64,000 bases of DNA from Pelagomonas calceolata (taxonomy: Eukaryota), in NCBI GenBank assembly GCA_918797485.1, contig CAKKNE010000005.1, positions 4,898,001 through 4,962,000 on the forward strand, written 5' to 3'. The notes below the pieces were generated by a model. It was given only the letters and a program-made list of their open reading frames with translations, was not told the DNA's origin and did no database searches. Position numbers and translations under genes: made by a program. Below are positions 1 through 9,014 of this stretch, in pieces; position 1 is the first letter of the stretch; each line of letters begins with the position of its first letter.

Positions 1-660
1 GAGACGGTCCCGCCCGAGACACATAATACGACACTATCTCCAGATTCTCGAGCGCTCGAACGCGGCCGCAGTGTCCGGGGGTACCCCACGCATGTGCCCG
101 AGCCGTTTCCGTCTTTCGTGCATGCCGTCTAGCGATGGGGTGTAGGTCGCACCGCGGGGCGGTACGCCGAAAGTAATCTCAGCGACAGAATTGGTGCAGA
201 TAGCTGCCCCTGCGCGTTCCACTGGCTTCAGTACCTTCTCGGGCAGCCTCGGCTCAGCAAAAGTTTTTCGCGGGGAGCCTCGCGCGGCCCGCTAAGGTGC
301 GTCGAAGGGCCGAACTTCAGGCCAGCTTTTCTCGGCCGCTACAGGCGCACACTTGTCACGGCCAACGCGGCTGGGTAGCCCTGGCTATGGGCTTTCCAGC
401 GCACCAGCCCGTGACAAGTGTGCACCCGATGGGGCTGAGCACTGGACGTGTTTTGCCCCCAGTGGCGCCAGCTCTAGACTCAGTGGCGCTCCTCGAAGCC
501 TGGACGCTGCACCAAAAGCTGCCAGCCGCAGCAACTCTCGCGCCGGGACGCCTCCGAGCCCTATCTGACTGCTCGTGAGGAAAAGAACAGCCCACATTTC
601 GTGCGGGTACACGCAGCCCGAAGCTTTTGCGCGCATCCAAAGGGCTGCCCAGAGAGCAGG

Positions 661-1875
661 ATGCCCGCCGAAGAGGCGGCGACGAGCGACAAAAAGCCGA
701 AGCAGAATGGCTGGCGGGCGCTCCTTCGCGCGCGGCGGCGCCGCGAGAAGCGGGAGAAGCGGCAGGAGATGATGATCAACCACAAGCCGAGCCTCTTCCG
801 CTGGCCCACGCGGGCTCTTCCAGCGGTGGCCGGCTGCCGCACGGAGCCCCACAAGCCGTGTTGCGTCAGCTGCGACCAGAACGTCGGCTCGCATTTGGTC
901 CTCGACCTTGGTGCTCGGCTGCTGGCGACGAGATCCGCATTCCAAGCGATCGAGGTCTTCGACACGGAGGCTTTCGGCCACGTGATGACCATCGACGGCG
1001 ATCTGCAGCTTACGGAGCTCGACGAGTGCCACTACCACGAGATGATGGTCCACGTGCCGCTCGCCTCGAGAAAACCCGGCGCCGGCGCGCCGCGCGTGTT
1101 GATCATCGGCGGCGGCGACGGCGGCTGCGCGCGCGAGGCGCTGCGCTGGCCCGGCGCGACCGTCACGCTCGTCGACATCGACGCCGCCGTCCTCGACGCC
1201 GCGCGGCGCTTCTTCCCGGCGTGCGCCGCGGGCCTCGACGACCCGCGCACGGAAGTTCACGTTTCAGACGGCGCCGCGTTCGCGGCGGCGGCGGCTGCGC
1301 GCGGCGACACCTACGACCTCGTCATCTGCGACTCGACGGATTGTAGCGCAGCAGAACGAGCGTCCGGGACGCTCTACACGGACGCCTTTTTCGTCTCAGT
1401 CGCGGCGCTCGTAGCGCCGGGCGGCTTCTTCTGTAGAAATTATACAAGTCTGCTCCTGTGCACATGGAAATCAAAATTTCACGGCGCGTTCGCTGAATCG
1501 TCGCGTCGACCTCCACGCCATCGACGCGACGCCTGCTCGACGGCGTGTGCACCCGACGCACTGTTTGATTTCCACACAGGTCTCCTCTGGAATACTGATG
1601 AAGCCGCAGCGACGCTGCCCCGCTACGCCGCGCATTTCGCGCACGCTAGCCCTTTTGTATGGAATCAACCGACATACTCGTCGGGCTCCTACTCGGCCCT
1701 CCTCTGCGGCGCCGCCGCGCCGTGCGCGACGCGTGACCTCGCCGCCATCGCCGCGACCCTCGGCGAGACGGACTACTGGACGCCCGCGGTTCACCGCGCA
1801 GCATTCGCTCTCCCCGCATTCGTGGCGCGCCGCATGAGTCCCTCAGCGCCCCCCGCGCCGCCCAACGAGTCCTAG
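661..1875 (+). CDS. Spermidine synthase / polyamine aminopropyltransferase-like (exons 661-1447, 1580-1875)
   Basis: Motifs SAFQAIEVFDT..FG, IDGDLQ..E.DE..YHEMMVH, RVLIIGGGDGG..RE, LVDID, DGAAF, YDLVICDSTD. Removing the introner 1448-1579 gives continuous NYTSLLWN. Confidence 0.9.
   Translation: MPAEEAATSDKKPKQNGWRALLRARRRREKREKRQEMMINHKPSLFRWPTRALPAVAGCRTEPHKPCCVSCDQNVGSHLVLDLGARLLATRSAFQAIEVFDTEAFGHVMTIDGDLQLTELDECHYHEMMVHVPLASRKPGAGAPRVLIIGGGDGGCAREALRWPGATVTLVDIDAAVLDAARRFFPACAAGLDDPRTEVHVSDGAAFAAAAAARGDTYDLVICDSTDCSAAERASGTLYTDAFFVSVAALVAPGGFFCRNYTSLLLCTWKSKFHGAFAESSRRPPRHRRDACSTACAPDALFDFHTGLLWNTDEAAATLPRYAAHFAHASPFVWNQPTYSSGSYSALLCGAAAPCATRDLAAIAATLGETDYWTPAVHRAAFALPAFVARRMSPSAPPAPPNES
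1448..1579 (+). mobile_element. Introner intron, 132 nt, GT-AG
   Basis: TSD gtctgctc (1448-1455) / gtctcctc (1580-1587); 5' TIR ctgtgcacatggaaatcaa; 3' TIR ttgatttccacacag; internal hairpin gtcgcgtcga...tcgacgcgac. Confidence 0.9.
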
Positions 1876-1900
1876 TAGCACTATAACAAAATTAAAAAAC

Positions 1901-3541
1901 TCAGAGCGTCGGCGTCGCGAGAGCGAGTTCCTCCTGGGCGTCGGTTTGAACGAGGGCGCGCGCCGGCGTGTTGAGGCGGAAGACGGCCCCCGCGTCGCCA
2001 CGGGCGCGGCAGACGGCGTCCGCGGCCGTGGCGCCCCAGAAGTGCGCCTCCTCGACGAGCGGGAGCGACATGTCCGTGTGCGCGAAGACGAGCGCGCCCC
2101 CGAGAGCACTCCGCGGCGCCGCGGTCGCGCCGAAGACCCGCTCCAAGAACCCGGGCGCCGGCTTGGCCATGGCGCGCGGGAGCACGCGGACGTCGACCGC
2201 GCGGACGGCGGAGGGCGCGCCCGGGTGGGACCGCGCGACCTCGGCGACGGCCGCCGCCGCGAGGTCCTCGCGCGAGCGCGCCGCGAGCGCGGCGCGCTGC
2301 GCGTCGGGGTCCCCGTCGGCGAACGCGGCGTAGAGCGTCAGCACCGCCGGCCGCGGCCGCCGCAGCGCATCCAGGCAGTTCCCGCGGAAGCGTCGCTGGT
2401 GCGTGGAGACGACGAAGCCGAGCGAGGCCCGCGAGAGGTCGCCATCCGCCGCAGGCGCGCCGTCGGCCGCGGCGGCGTCGTACGCCACGTTGTCCCAGGC
2501 GGTGCCCGCGGGCGGGGCGGCGACGCGGAGGTTGGACACGACCCAGGGCGCGTACGCGAGCGGCGGCCCCGCGGCCTCGGGAGAGTCGAGCAGCGCCGCC
2601 GCCGCGTACCGCGGGAGCGCGCAGACCGCGTGCGCCGCGGTCACCTCGCGGAGGACGGGCGCGCCGCCGCCGCCGGCCGCGTAAGTGACGGCGACGCCCC
2701 CGGCGCGCGCGACGCAGCGGAGCGCGGGCGCGCGCGTCCGCACGTCGACGCCCGCTTTCGCGAGGCGGGCCGCGAGCGCCTCCGCGACGTGGCCCAGCCC
2801 GTCGGGCCACGTGTAGAGCGTTTCGCGGCCGCGCGCGCAGAAGTAGTGCAGCATGACCCACGCGCTGCAGTCCTGGGCCGCCGTGCCGTAGTCGTCCCGG
2901 AGGCAGTAGTCGACGAACCAGCGCAGCGCGGCCGTGCGGAAGCCGTGCGCCGCGAGCCAGTCCGCGGCCGACTCCTTGTCGAGCTCGCAGATCGTCGGGT
3001 CGCGCGAGCACGCGGCCACGGGCAGCACGAACGCGAAGCGGCCGTCGCGGCCCCGGCGCGTCGCGAAGGCCTCGATCTTGCCCCGGAACCGCCGCTGCTC
3101 GGCGCGGTCTGCACCCGTCCCGAACGGAGCGACGTCGAAGTTTGCGGGCATCGCGCGCTGCCACCGCTCCTCGGCGCGCAGGTAGAGCCGCTCGACGGGC
3201 GCGCGGCAGACGTCGCGCCGTGTCACGCCGAGCTCCTTGAGGAGCTGCGCGAACTCGTGCAGCTTGGACCGCCGCGACGGCACCGGCACGTAGCCGGCGC
3301 CGAGGGGGCAATCGCCGCCGGAGCGCGCGTTGCCGCCGATGGCGTCCGCGGCCTCGAGCAGCACGATCCGCTTCACGCCCCGCTTCGCCAGCCGGTGCGC
3401 CGCGCAGAGGCCCGCCAGGCCGCCGCCGAGCACTACGACGTCGAACGCCTCCGAGGACGCGGGCTCCGCGCCGCTCGTGTCCGACCGCAGCGCCGCGACC
3501 TCCGCCGCCGGGTCGACGCCGACGAAGTTGCCCGGTGGCAT
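1901..3541 (-). CDS. FAD/NAD(P)-dependent oxidoreductase (amine oxidase-like, bacterial-type)
   Basis: Rossmann motif DVVVLGGGLAGL..A..L, LLEA...IGGNARS, YCLRDDYG, WDNVAY, C-terminal FAHTDMS..VEEA..WG..AA; no intron seen. Confidence 0.85.
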   Translation of the reverse strand: MPPGNFVGVDPAAEVAALRSDTSGAEPASSEAFDVVVLGGGLAGLCAAHRLAKRGVKRIVLLEAADAIGGNARSGGDCPLGAGYVPVPSRRSKLHEFAQLLKELGVTRRDVCRAPVERLYLRAEERWQRAMPANFDVAPFGTGADRAEQRRFRGKIEAFATRRGRDGRFAFVLPVAACSRDPTICELDKESAADWLAAHGFRTAALRWFVDYCLRDDYGTAAQDCSAWVMLHYFCARGRETLYTWPDGLGHVAEALAARLAKAGVDVRTRAPALRCVARAGGVAVTYAAGGGGAPVLREVTAAHAVCALPRYAAAALLDSPEAAGPPLAYAPWVVSNLRVAAPPAGTAWDNVAYDAAAADGAPAADGDLSRASLGFVVSTHQRRFRGNCLDALRRPRPAVLTLYAAFADGDPDAQRAALAARSREDLAAAAVAEVARSHPGAPSAVRAVDVRVLPRAMAKPAPGFLERVFGATAAPRSALGGALVFAHTDMSLPLVEEAHFWGATAADAVCRARGDAGAVFRLNTPARALVQTDAQEELALATPTL

Positions 3542-3666
3542 CTTCGTGACCGCTATTTATCGGCTGCCAGGACAGCACTCAAGCGGATGCAAACGCTCGA
3601 CAATTCATGAGTACCCAGGCAATCCTGCGAAGGCATCTGCGACCTTGTTGGGTTAACTTTTTTGGC

Positions 3667-3687
3667 CTAGCGATGTAAGATACTAGC
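3667..3687. promoter_or_regulatory. CTAG-flanked intergenic motif, copy 1
   Basis: ctagcgatgtaagatactagc, about 126 bp upstream of the ATG at 3541. Confidence 0.6.
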
Positions 3688-3790
3688 AGGGAAGTGCGTT
3701 CGGGTCGACAGCTTGCTAGTATGAAAGACGCGGGCCGCGCCCATCAGTCGTAGTAGAACTCCTTATACAGTAATATACACACCCGGCGCG

Positions 3791-4501
3791 TCAGGGCTTG
3801 CAGTAGCACCAGCCGCTGCCCTCGCCCTCGCATTCTGCGTCGAGGCAGCACCACGGGATCGTCGACGGCTCAGACGCCGTATGGTCGCAGGCATTTCCGG
3901 AAGCGTCCGCCGAGCACGCGTTCTGAGTGGCGGCGCATCCGGGGAAGGTCGCGTCGGTCCACGAGGCCATGCACGTTCGGTCCACGGTGAGGCATTCGCC
4001 GGAGGCGGGCTGCTTCGTCGGAGCGCCCGCGTTGCATCTACACCAACCCTCGTTCTCGCCCTCACAATTGTTCGTGGTGCAGCACCAGTGAAAACTGTCG
4101 TCGCAATTCGTACAGTACTCCTGGTGGCTGCTGCAGCCGTTTATCGTGTTGTCGGTCCACAAGGGCAGGCATTGCGTGGCGCTCGCCGTACAGTAACCGG
4201 GGGCATCGTGGCGGCTCTGGCCGCTGTCGTCGTCGCTTTTGCCGCCGCTCTCCTCGCGGGGGAGGAGTACCGCGAGTAGGACGATGAGGACGATGATGGG
4301 TACCGCAATGCCGAAAGCGATTAGATAGTGTACTTGGCGCAAGCGGCCACTACCGTCCCCCCCGCGCCGGTTCGCCATGTACTGGCGTCTTGCCGCCGCA
4401 TTGCCACGAACCGGCACGGCGACCTGGCCGGGCTGGCCCGGGTAGATCTTTTGCGACTCGACGACCTGGGCCTGCACCACCGGTGGCATCACCTCTGCCA
4501 T
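3791..4501 (-). CDS. Type II membrane protein with two Cys-rich extracellular modules; intronless paralog of 7442-8891
   Basis: TM segment LIAFGIAVPIIVLIVLLAVLL followed by two C..W.D...GC...Q..C...CD...WCC....C.....GWC.C modules. Confidence 0.8.
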   Translation of the reverse strand: MAEVMPPVVQAQVVESQKIYPGQPGQVAVPVRGNAAARRQYMANRRGGDGSGRLRQVHYLIAFGIAVPIIVLIVLLAVLLPREESGGKSDDDSGQSRHDAPGYCTASATQCLPLWTDNTINGCSSHQEYCTNCDDSFHWCCTTNNCEGENEGWCRCNAGAPTKQPASGECLTVDRTCMASWTDATFPGCAATQNACSADASGNACDHTASEPSTIPWCCLDAECEGEGSGWCYCKP

Positions 4502-4662
4502 TTTATGGGTCTCCAGTAGTAATTTCCCCCCTAGTACGAGGAAGCGATGTGCTTGAGAATCTGGCAGCTACAATGCTTATGCGCATGCAGTCACACAGAA
4601 CTTCACTTGACACGGACACTGGCACTCCAGGGCGCTGGACTGAGGTTGCCGGTTTTGCTGGA

Positions 4663-4686
4663 GCTAGCGGCGTGTAAGGCACTAGC
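4663..4686. promoter_or_regulatory. CTAG-flanked intergenic motif, copy 2
   Basis: gctagcggcgtgtaaggcactagc, about 162 bp upstream of the ATG at 4501. Confidence 0.65.
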
Positions 4687-4688
4687 AA

Positions 4689-4724
4689 TAGCCTTAGCCT
4701 TAGCCTTAGCCTTAGCCTTAGTCT
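4689..4724. repeat. (TAGCCT)n hexamer microsatellite, about 6 copies
   Basis: tagcct x5 plus tagtct; a related tagcctgagcctgagcct lies at 4813-4830. Confidence 0.9.
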
Positions 4725-5009
4725 TCCCTGCGACTCAGCCCTTGCGTCCTAGTCCAGCCGGACGGGTGGGCCCGGGGGAGCGGGAGGGGTACGGGGGACC
4801 CTGCGACGTAACTAGCCTGAGCCTGAGCCTTGCACGTTAGGACTGCTAAAGGCGCCGTCGAGCCGCTCCGCACCGCTCCTTAAGCAAAGGCAGCGCCAAA
4901 ATCCAATTCTTGCGAGGCATAAGCACCGCACGCGGGCGCAAGTGCTGGCACAAACGGAATGTCAAATGCACCGAGAATGACGTTATACGCCATCCACGTC
5001 CCTACACCT

Positions 5010-7051
5010 CTACGCGCCCCAGCCCTGGACGGGCGCGCCGGGGACCGGTGCCGGCTCGCCCACGCCAGCGGCGGTCACGAGGGCGACGGGCGCCTGGTAG
5101 TGCGGCGGTGGCGGATACGCGCCGGGCCGTGGTGATGGCGCCTCGGCCGAGGTGGCGATGGCTCCCCACGCGCCGGGCGCGTGGACGTAGATGTTGTAGC
5201 CTGCGCGAGCGAGCCGTGAGTTTCGCGGCGACGGCGTCTCCCGCCACGCCATCGACGCGTGGAATTTCCGACACAGACGCGATACCGGGCCCGATCCCCG
5301 GCGGGAAGGTCGCCGCTATGAGCGCGCCTGTCGGGGCGCGGACGACGAAGGATGTGCCCGGTAACGCGCCCTGCGGCGCCGTGAATGTGAAGTCCTCTAA
5401 GGCGCGGAGAACGGCGGCGCCGGAGGGGTTCTGGGTCGTGGCGTTGACCTGTAAATCAAATAGTGAGTCGGGTCTGGCACCGCCACGCGATCGAGCAGGC
5501 GTCGCGTCGATGGCGTAGTAGAGGTCGACGCGACGATTCAGCAATGAAAGGTCGGCTTCGATCTTCTCGAGGACCTGCTCGCGCTCGACGGGCGCGACGA
5601 AGGCGCCGCGAAATTTGATTTGTGCACAGTTCACGACGTGCGCCGTCGCCTGCCAGAGCGCCTGGGAGAACTGCGGCACGAACTCGCCGCGGGCGGCGCT
5701 CGCGATCGCGTGGGCCGCGCGCAGCTCCGCCTCGACGAGCGGCGGCGGCGGGCCGGTCCACGACGAGACGGGCCGACAGACGACCGGCGCGGCCTCGACG
5801 GTTACCTGTGTGGAAATCAACCAGTGCGTCGAGTGCATGTGGAGGACGACGCGACGATTCAGCACGAACGCGCCGTGAAATTTTGACCACACAGACGGTC
5901 ACGGTCGGGTACGCGGGCGCGGTCGCGACGTAGTCCGCGGACTCGCCCTCGACGTAGGACGCGCGGCCGCTGTACTTTTGGCGGAGTGCGGCCAAACCAG
6001 AATTGGTGCGGGTGACGTCGTCGTCGTCGTCGTCGGACGATGACGAGGAGGCATTCTCCTCGACGACGCCGTCCATATCCACGGGCCCCACGACCAGCGG
6101 CTTCACCTCGAACGTACGAGGCGCCGCCGCCGCCCCCGTGGGCGGGAACGACGCGACGCCGGCCGGCGCCGGGGGCACGATCTCGAAGACGACGGCCAGC
6201 AGCGCCCCGAGGCGCACGAAGGACACCGTCGCGTCCCGCGGGAGCTGGCCGGCGGCGCCGCGGCCCAGCGCGGCGACGGCCGCGTCCTCGATATCGTCGT
6301 TGCGGTCCTCGACCGCGGCGGCGTCGTCGACCTCGAAGCAACAGCACACCATTTTCGTCGTCTTCCTGCCGTAGAACCCGCGGCACGCCGCCGCGACGTC
6401 GCGGATGAGCTGCCGCGCCGGGGGCCCGAGCTTCTGGCCCAGGCCGCAGTCGTTCAGGGTGTCCGCCGCCGCCTCGGGCTCCTTCGCGATCAGCGCGATG
6501 TCGACGACGGCGAAGTTCGGCCCGTCGGGCGGCAGCTCCGCGCGCCAGGCGTCGTCGTCCGCGGGCTCCGTCGTCGCCGCCGGCGCGTCGTAGAAGTCGG
6601 GCGCCACGTACCGGTGCGCCCGCCGCCACAGATGAAACTGCAGCGCGGTGCCGTTCTGGTCGTCGCCCGAGCAGTCGATGGCCCAGCGACGCTGCTCGGA
6701 GACCTCGTCGACCTCGGTGTGGTCCACAAAGTCTACGAGCCCACGAAAGAGCGCCGCGTAGGCCATCGGGCCCGCCATCAAGGGCCGCTGCGGCACGTAG
6801 CCGACGTGCGTGCGGTGGCGATGAGAGCGCCGGCCCATGAGCCCCACCGTCAGCGTGCCGCCCGCGGCCATGGTCACGGCCGCCCGGACCTGGAAGCGGT
6901 GGTAGGACCGGTGGCCGCGGTACGTAACGTGGGAGTGCGAGGGACCCCGGTGGTGGAAGAAGAAGCCGCCACGGTTGCGGCCTCGAGAGTAGCTGCTCCG
7001 GGACCCCCCAGAGCGGTGATGGTGGTGAGCTCCTTTGCCGCCCTTCCCCAT
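5010..7051 (-). CDS. Hypothetical protein with Arg/His/Gly-rich N-terminus and a C-terminal (V/A)PxG-repeat module; exons about 7051-5903, 5805-5635, 5448-5286, 5200-5010
   Basis: Three ORF-track segments join in frame after removing three introner-type introns. Confidence 0.7.
5201..5285 (-). mobile_element. Degenerate introner intron, 85 nt
   Basis: GT donor, TIR-like ctgtgtcggaaattcc, family core cacgccatcgacgcg, ends gcgcag. Splicing restores ...GIGP-GYNIYV. TSD not recognisable. Confidence 0.6.
5449..5634 (-). mobile_element. Introner intron, about 186-189 nt, with an internal insertion
   Basis: 5' TIR ctgtgcacaaatcaa; 3' end tttgatttacag; partial TSD gtgaac/gtcaac; family core present. 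Donor could be 5634 or 5637. Confidence 0.75.
5806..5902 (-). mobile_element. Introner intron, 97 nt, GT-AG
   Basis: Plus-strand TSD acggttac (5798-5805) / acggtcac (5895-5902); TIRs ctgtgtggaaatcaa / ttgaccacacag. Splicing fixes the frame change. Confidence 0.9.
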
Positions 7052-7060
7052 TGTGCGAAG

Positions 7061-7187
7061 CTACTCTTGTTGGGCAGAGGCGCCTCGGTCTGTTTTCTTT
7101 GGGCGCGCGAGGGCGCGAAGCTACCTCTTGTTGGCAGAGGCGCCTCGGCGCCTCGGTCTGTTTTTTGTGGGCGCGCGAGGGCGCGAC
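7061..7187. repeat. Imperfect tandem duplication of about 60 bp in a divergent intergenic region
   Basis: ctcttgttgg..cagaggcgcctcgg..tctgtttt..tgggcgcgcgagggcgcga occurs twice; a short acggccccgta repeat occurs three times at about 7364-7422. Confidence 0.75.
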
Positions 7188-7441
7188 CCTCTTCCTGGCA
7201 GCCTCAAATGCCCGTTTTGTGGTTAGCGAGGACGCCCTGCGGTTGCACGTGCACGCGGGCAGCGAAGCAAAGACAGGACTGAAAGTTGGGCAGCTCAAAA
7301 AGTTGATGATTATAGCTGCCCATCTGCTGTCCCGACGGCTGTAAACAGACGCGCGACGCTGAACGGCCCCGTATAGCCGCGCACGCTGCACGGCCCCGTA
7401 TCATAGCCGCGCACGGCCCCGTAAGACGCACACTCACTACC

Positions 7442-8891
7442 ATGGAAGGCCATTTTGCGGTGCAAGTACCGCCCTCGGCCGGGCCTGGCTCGCAGCTCAA
7501 CGTTCGCGCTCCGACGACGGGCGAGACGTTGACTGTAGTTGTGCCAGCAGGGGTTTACCCTGGTTCTAGCTTCATGGTGCCGCTTCCGCGGCAGCCCCGG
7601 CCCGTTCCCGCAGCGCCCGTTCAGGCTCAGGTGGTCCAGTCGCCGCAGCCGAAGGTTTACCAGGTCAATATTGAGTCGACGCGGCCCGCGCAGCCCGTCT
7701 ATGCCGAGCAAGTCCAGTCGCCGCGCCCCGTGCCTCCGTCGTCGCCCGCGGGCACGTTTCCGGTCATCGTGCCGGCGGGCCACTTCTCCGGCATGCGGCT
7801 CAGCGTGCGCGCCAGTGCATAAATCAATTGTCGCGGCGCGTTCCTCCATGCCCGACGGACGCGAGTCTCAACTACTGGTTGATTTGCGCACAGGTTCGCG
7901 CGCCGAACACCGGCCAGATGATGACGGTGGTCATTCCCGCGGGCGTAGGTCCCGGGGGTCAGTTCGCCGTGCCCCTGCCGATGCCTGTCGCGTCATATGG
8001 AGCTCGGAGCCGCCCCAAAGGGAACGCGGCGGCCCGGCGGCAGTACCAGCAAGCCCGACGCCGGGGCGATGGTCGGTTGCACAAGGTTCACTGGGGTGTC
8101 ATCGCGGGCATCGCAATAGTCATCATCCTCCTCATCCTCTTGCTCTCCCTCGGCGGGGACGGCGGCAACCAGGGCACCCCGGGGTACTGCACGGCGAGCA
8201 CCAGTGCGGAAATCAACCAGTGCGTCAGGCCGGTCTGGAGGTATTATTTACTATTCTGGCCGCCTCGACGTAGCACGAGAGTGCTCGGCGTCCTCGCACG
8301 AGGTGTCTTAGGCTTACTCACCCGAACGTTTGATTTCCGCACAGGAGAGCTCCACGCCCTGCCTCGCGTCCTGGACCGACCCCACAATCAACGGCTGCAG
8401 CACTCCCCAGGAGTACTGCACGAACTGCGACGACAGTTTTTACCTGTGCGGAAATCAAAAGTTCGGGTGAGTAAGCCTAAGCTGCCTCGTGCCAGGACGC
8501 CAAGCACTCTCGCGCTGCGTCGAGGCGGCCAGAATAGTAAATAATACATCCAGGCCGGCCTGACGCACTGGTTGATTTCCGCACAGGTTTTTACTGGTGC
8601 TGCACCACGAACAATTGTGAGGGCGAGGGCCAGGGTTGGTGTAAATGCAACGCGGGCGCTCCGCCGGAGCAGGCCGCCTCCGGCGAATGCCTCTCCGGGG
8701 GCCGAACGTGCATGGCCTCGTGGACCGACGCGACCTTGCCCGGATGCGCCGCCACTCAGAACGCGTGCTCGACGGACGCTTTCGGAAATGCCTGCGACCA
8801 TACGTCGTCATCGCCGTCGACGACGCCGTGGTGCTGCCTCGACGCAGAATGCGAGGTCGAGGGCAGCGGCTGGTGCTACTGCAAGCCATGA
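7442..8891 (+). CDS. Type II membrane protein: VPxG-repeat modules, TM, two Cys-rich modules (exons 7442-7804, 7894-8193, 8345-8435, 8587-8891)
   Basis: After removing three introners the C-terminus aligns residue by residue with 3791-4501 (…INGCSTPQEYCTNCDDSFYWCCTTNNCEGEGQGWCKC…GWCYCKP*). Confidence 0.85.
7805..7893 (+). mobile_element. Introner intron, 89 nt, GT-AG
   Basis: TSD gtgcgcgc / gttcgcgc; TIRs cagtgcataaatcaa / ttgatttgcgcacag. Confidence 0.9.
8194..8344 (+). mobile_element. Introner intron, 151 nt, GC-AG
   Basis: TSD gcgagcac / gagagctc; TIRs cagtgcggaaatcaa / ttgatttccgcacag; absent from the paralog. Confidence 0.9.
8436..8586 (+). mobile_element. Introner intron, 151 nt, GT-AG; inverted copy of the element at 8202-8344
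   Basis: Perfect TSD gtttttac / gtttttac; TIRs ctgtgcggaaatcaa / ttgatttccgcacag; absent from the paralog. Confidence 0.95.
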
Positions 8892-9014
8892 CTGCGCCGC
8901 CGGGGAGTGTATAGGAGTTCTACATTTCTTTGCAGTTCCCGCGTCTAGTTCACCGTTCACGAGTGGCGGACGCGGGACTTGAAATGATACACGCAACTTA
9001 TAGTCATACCCCAA

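Noticed and set aside
1..380. Non-coding start of the window as a possible transposon end
   Set aside because: No TIR partner, TSD or coding signature visible within the window.
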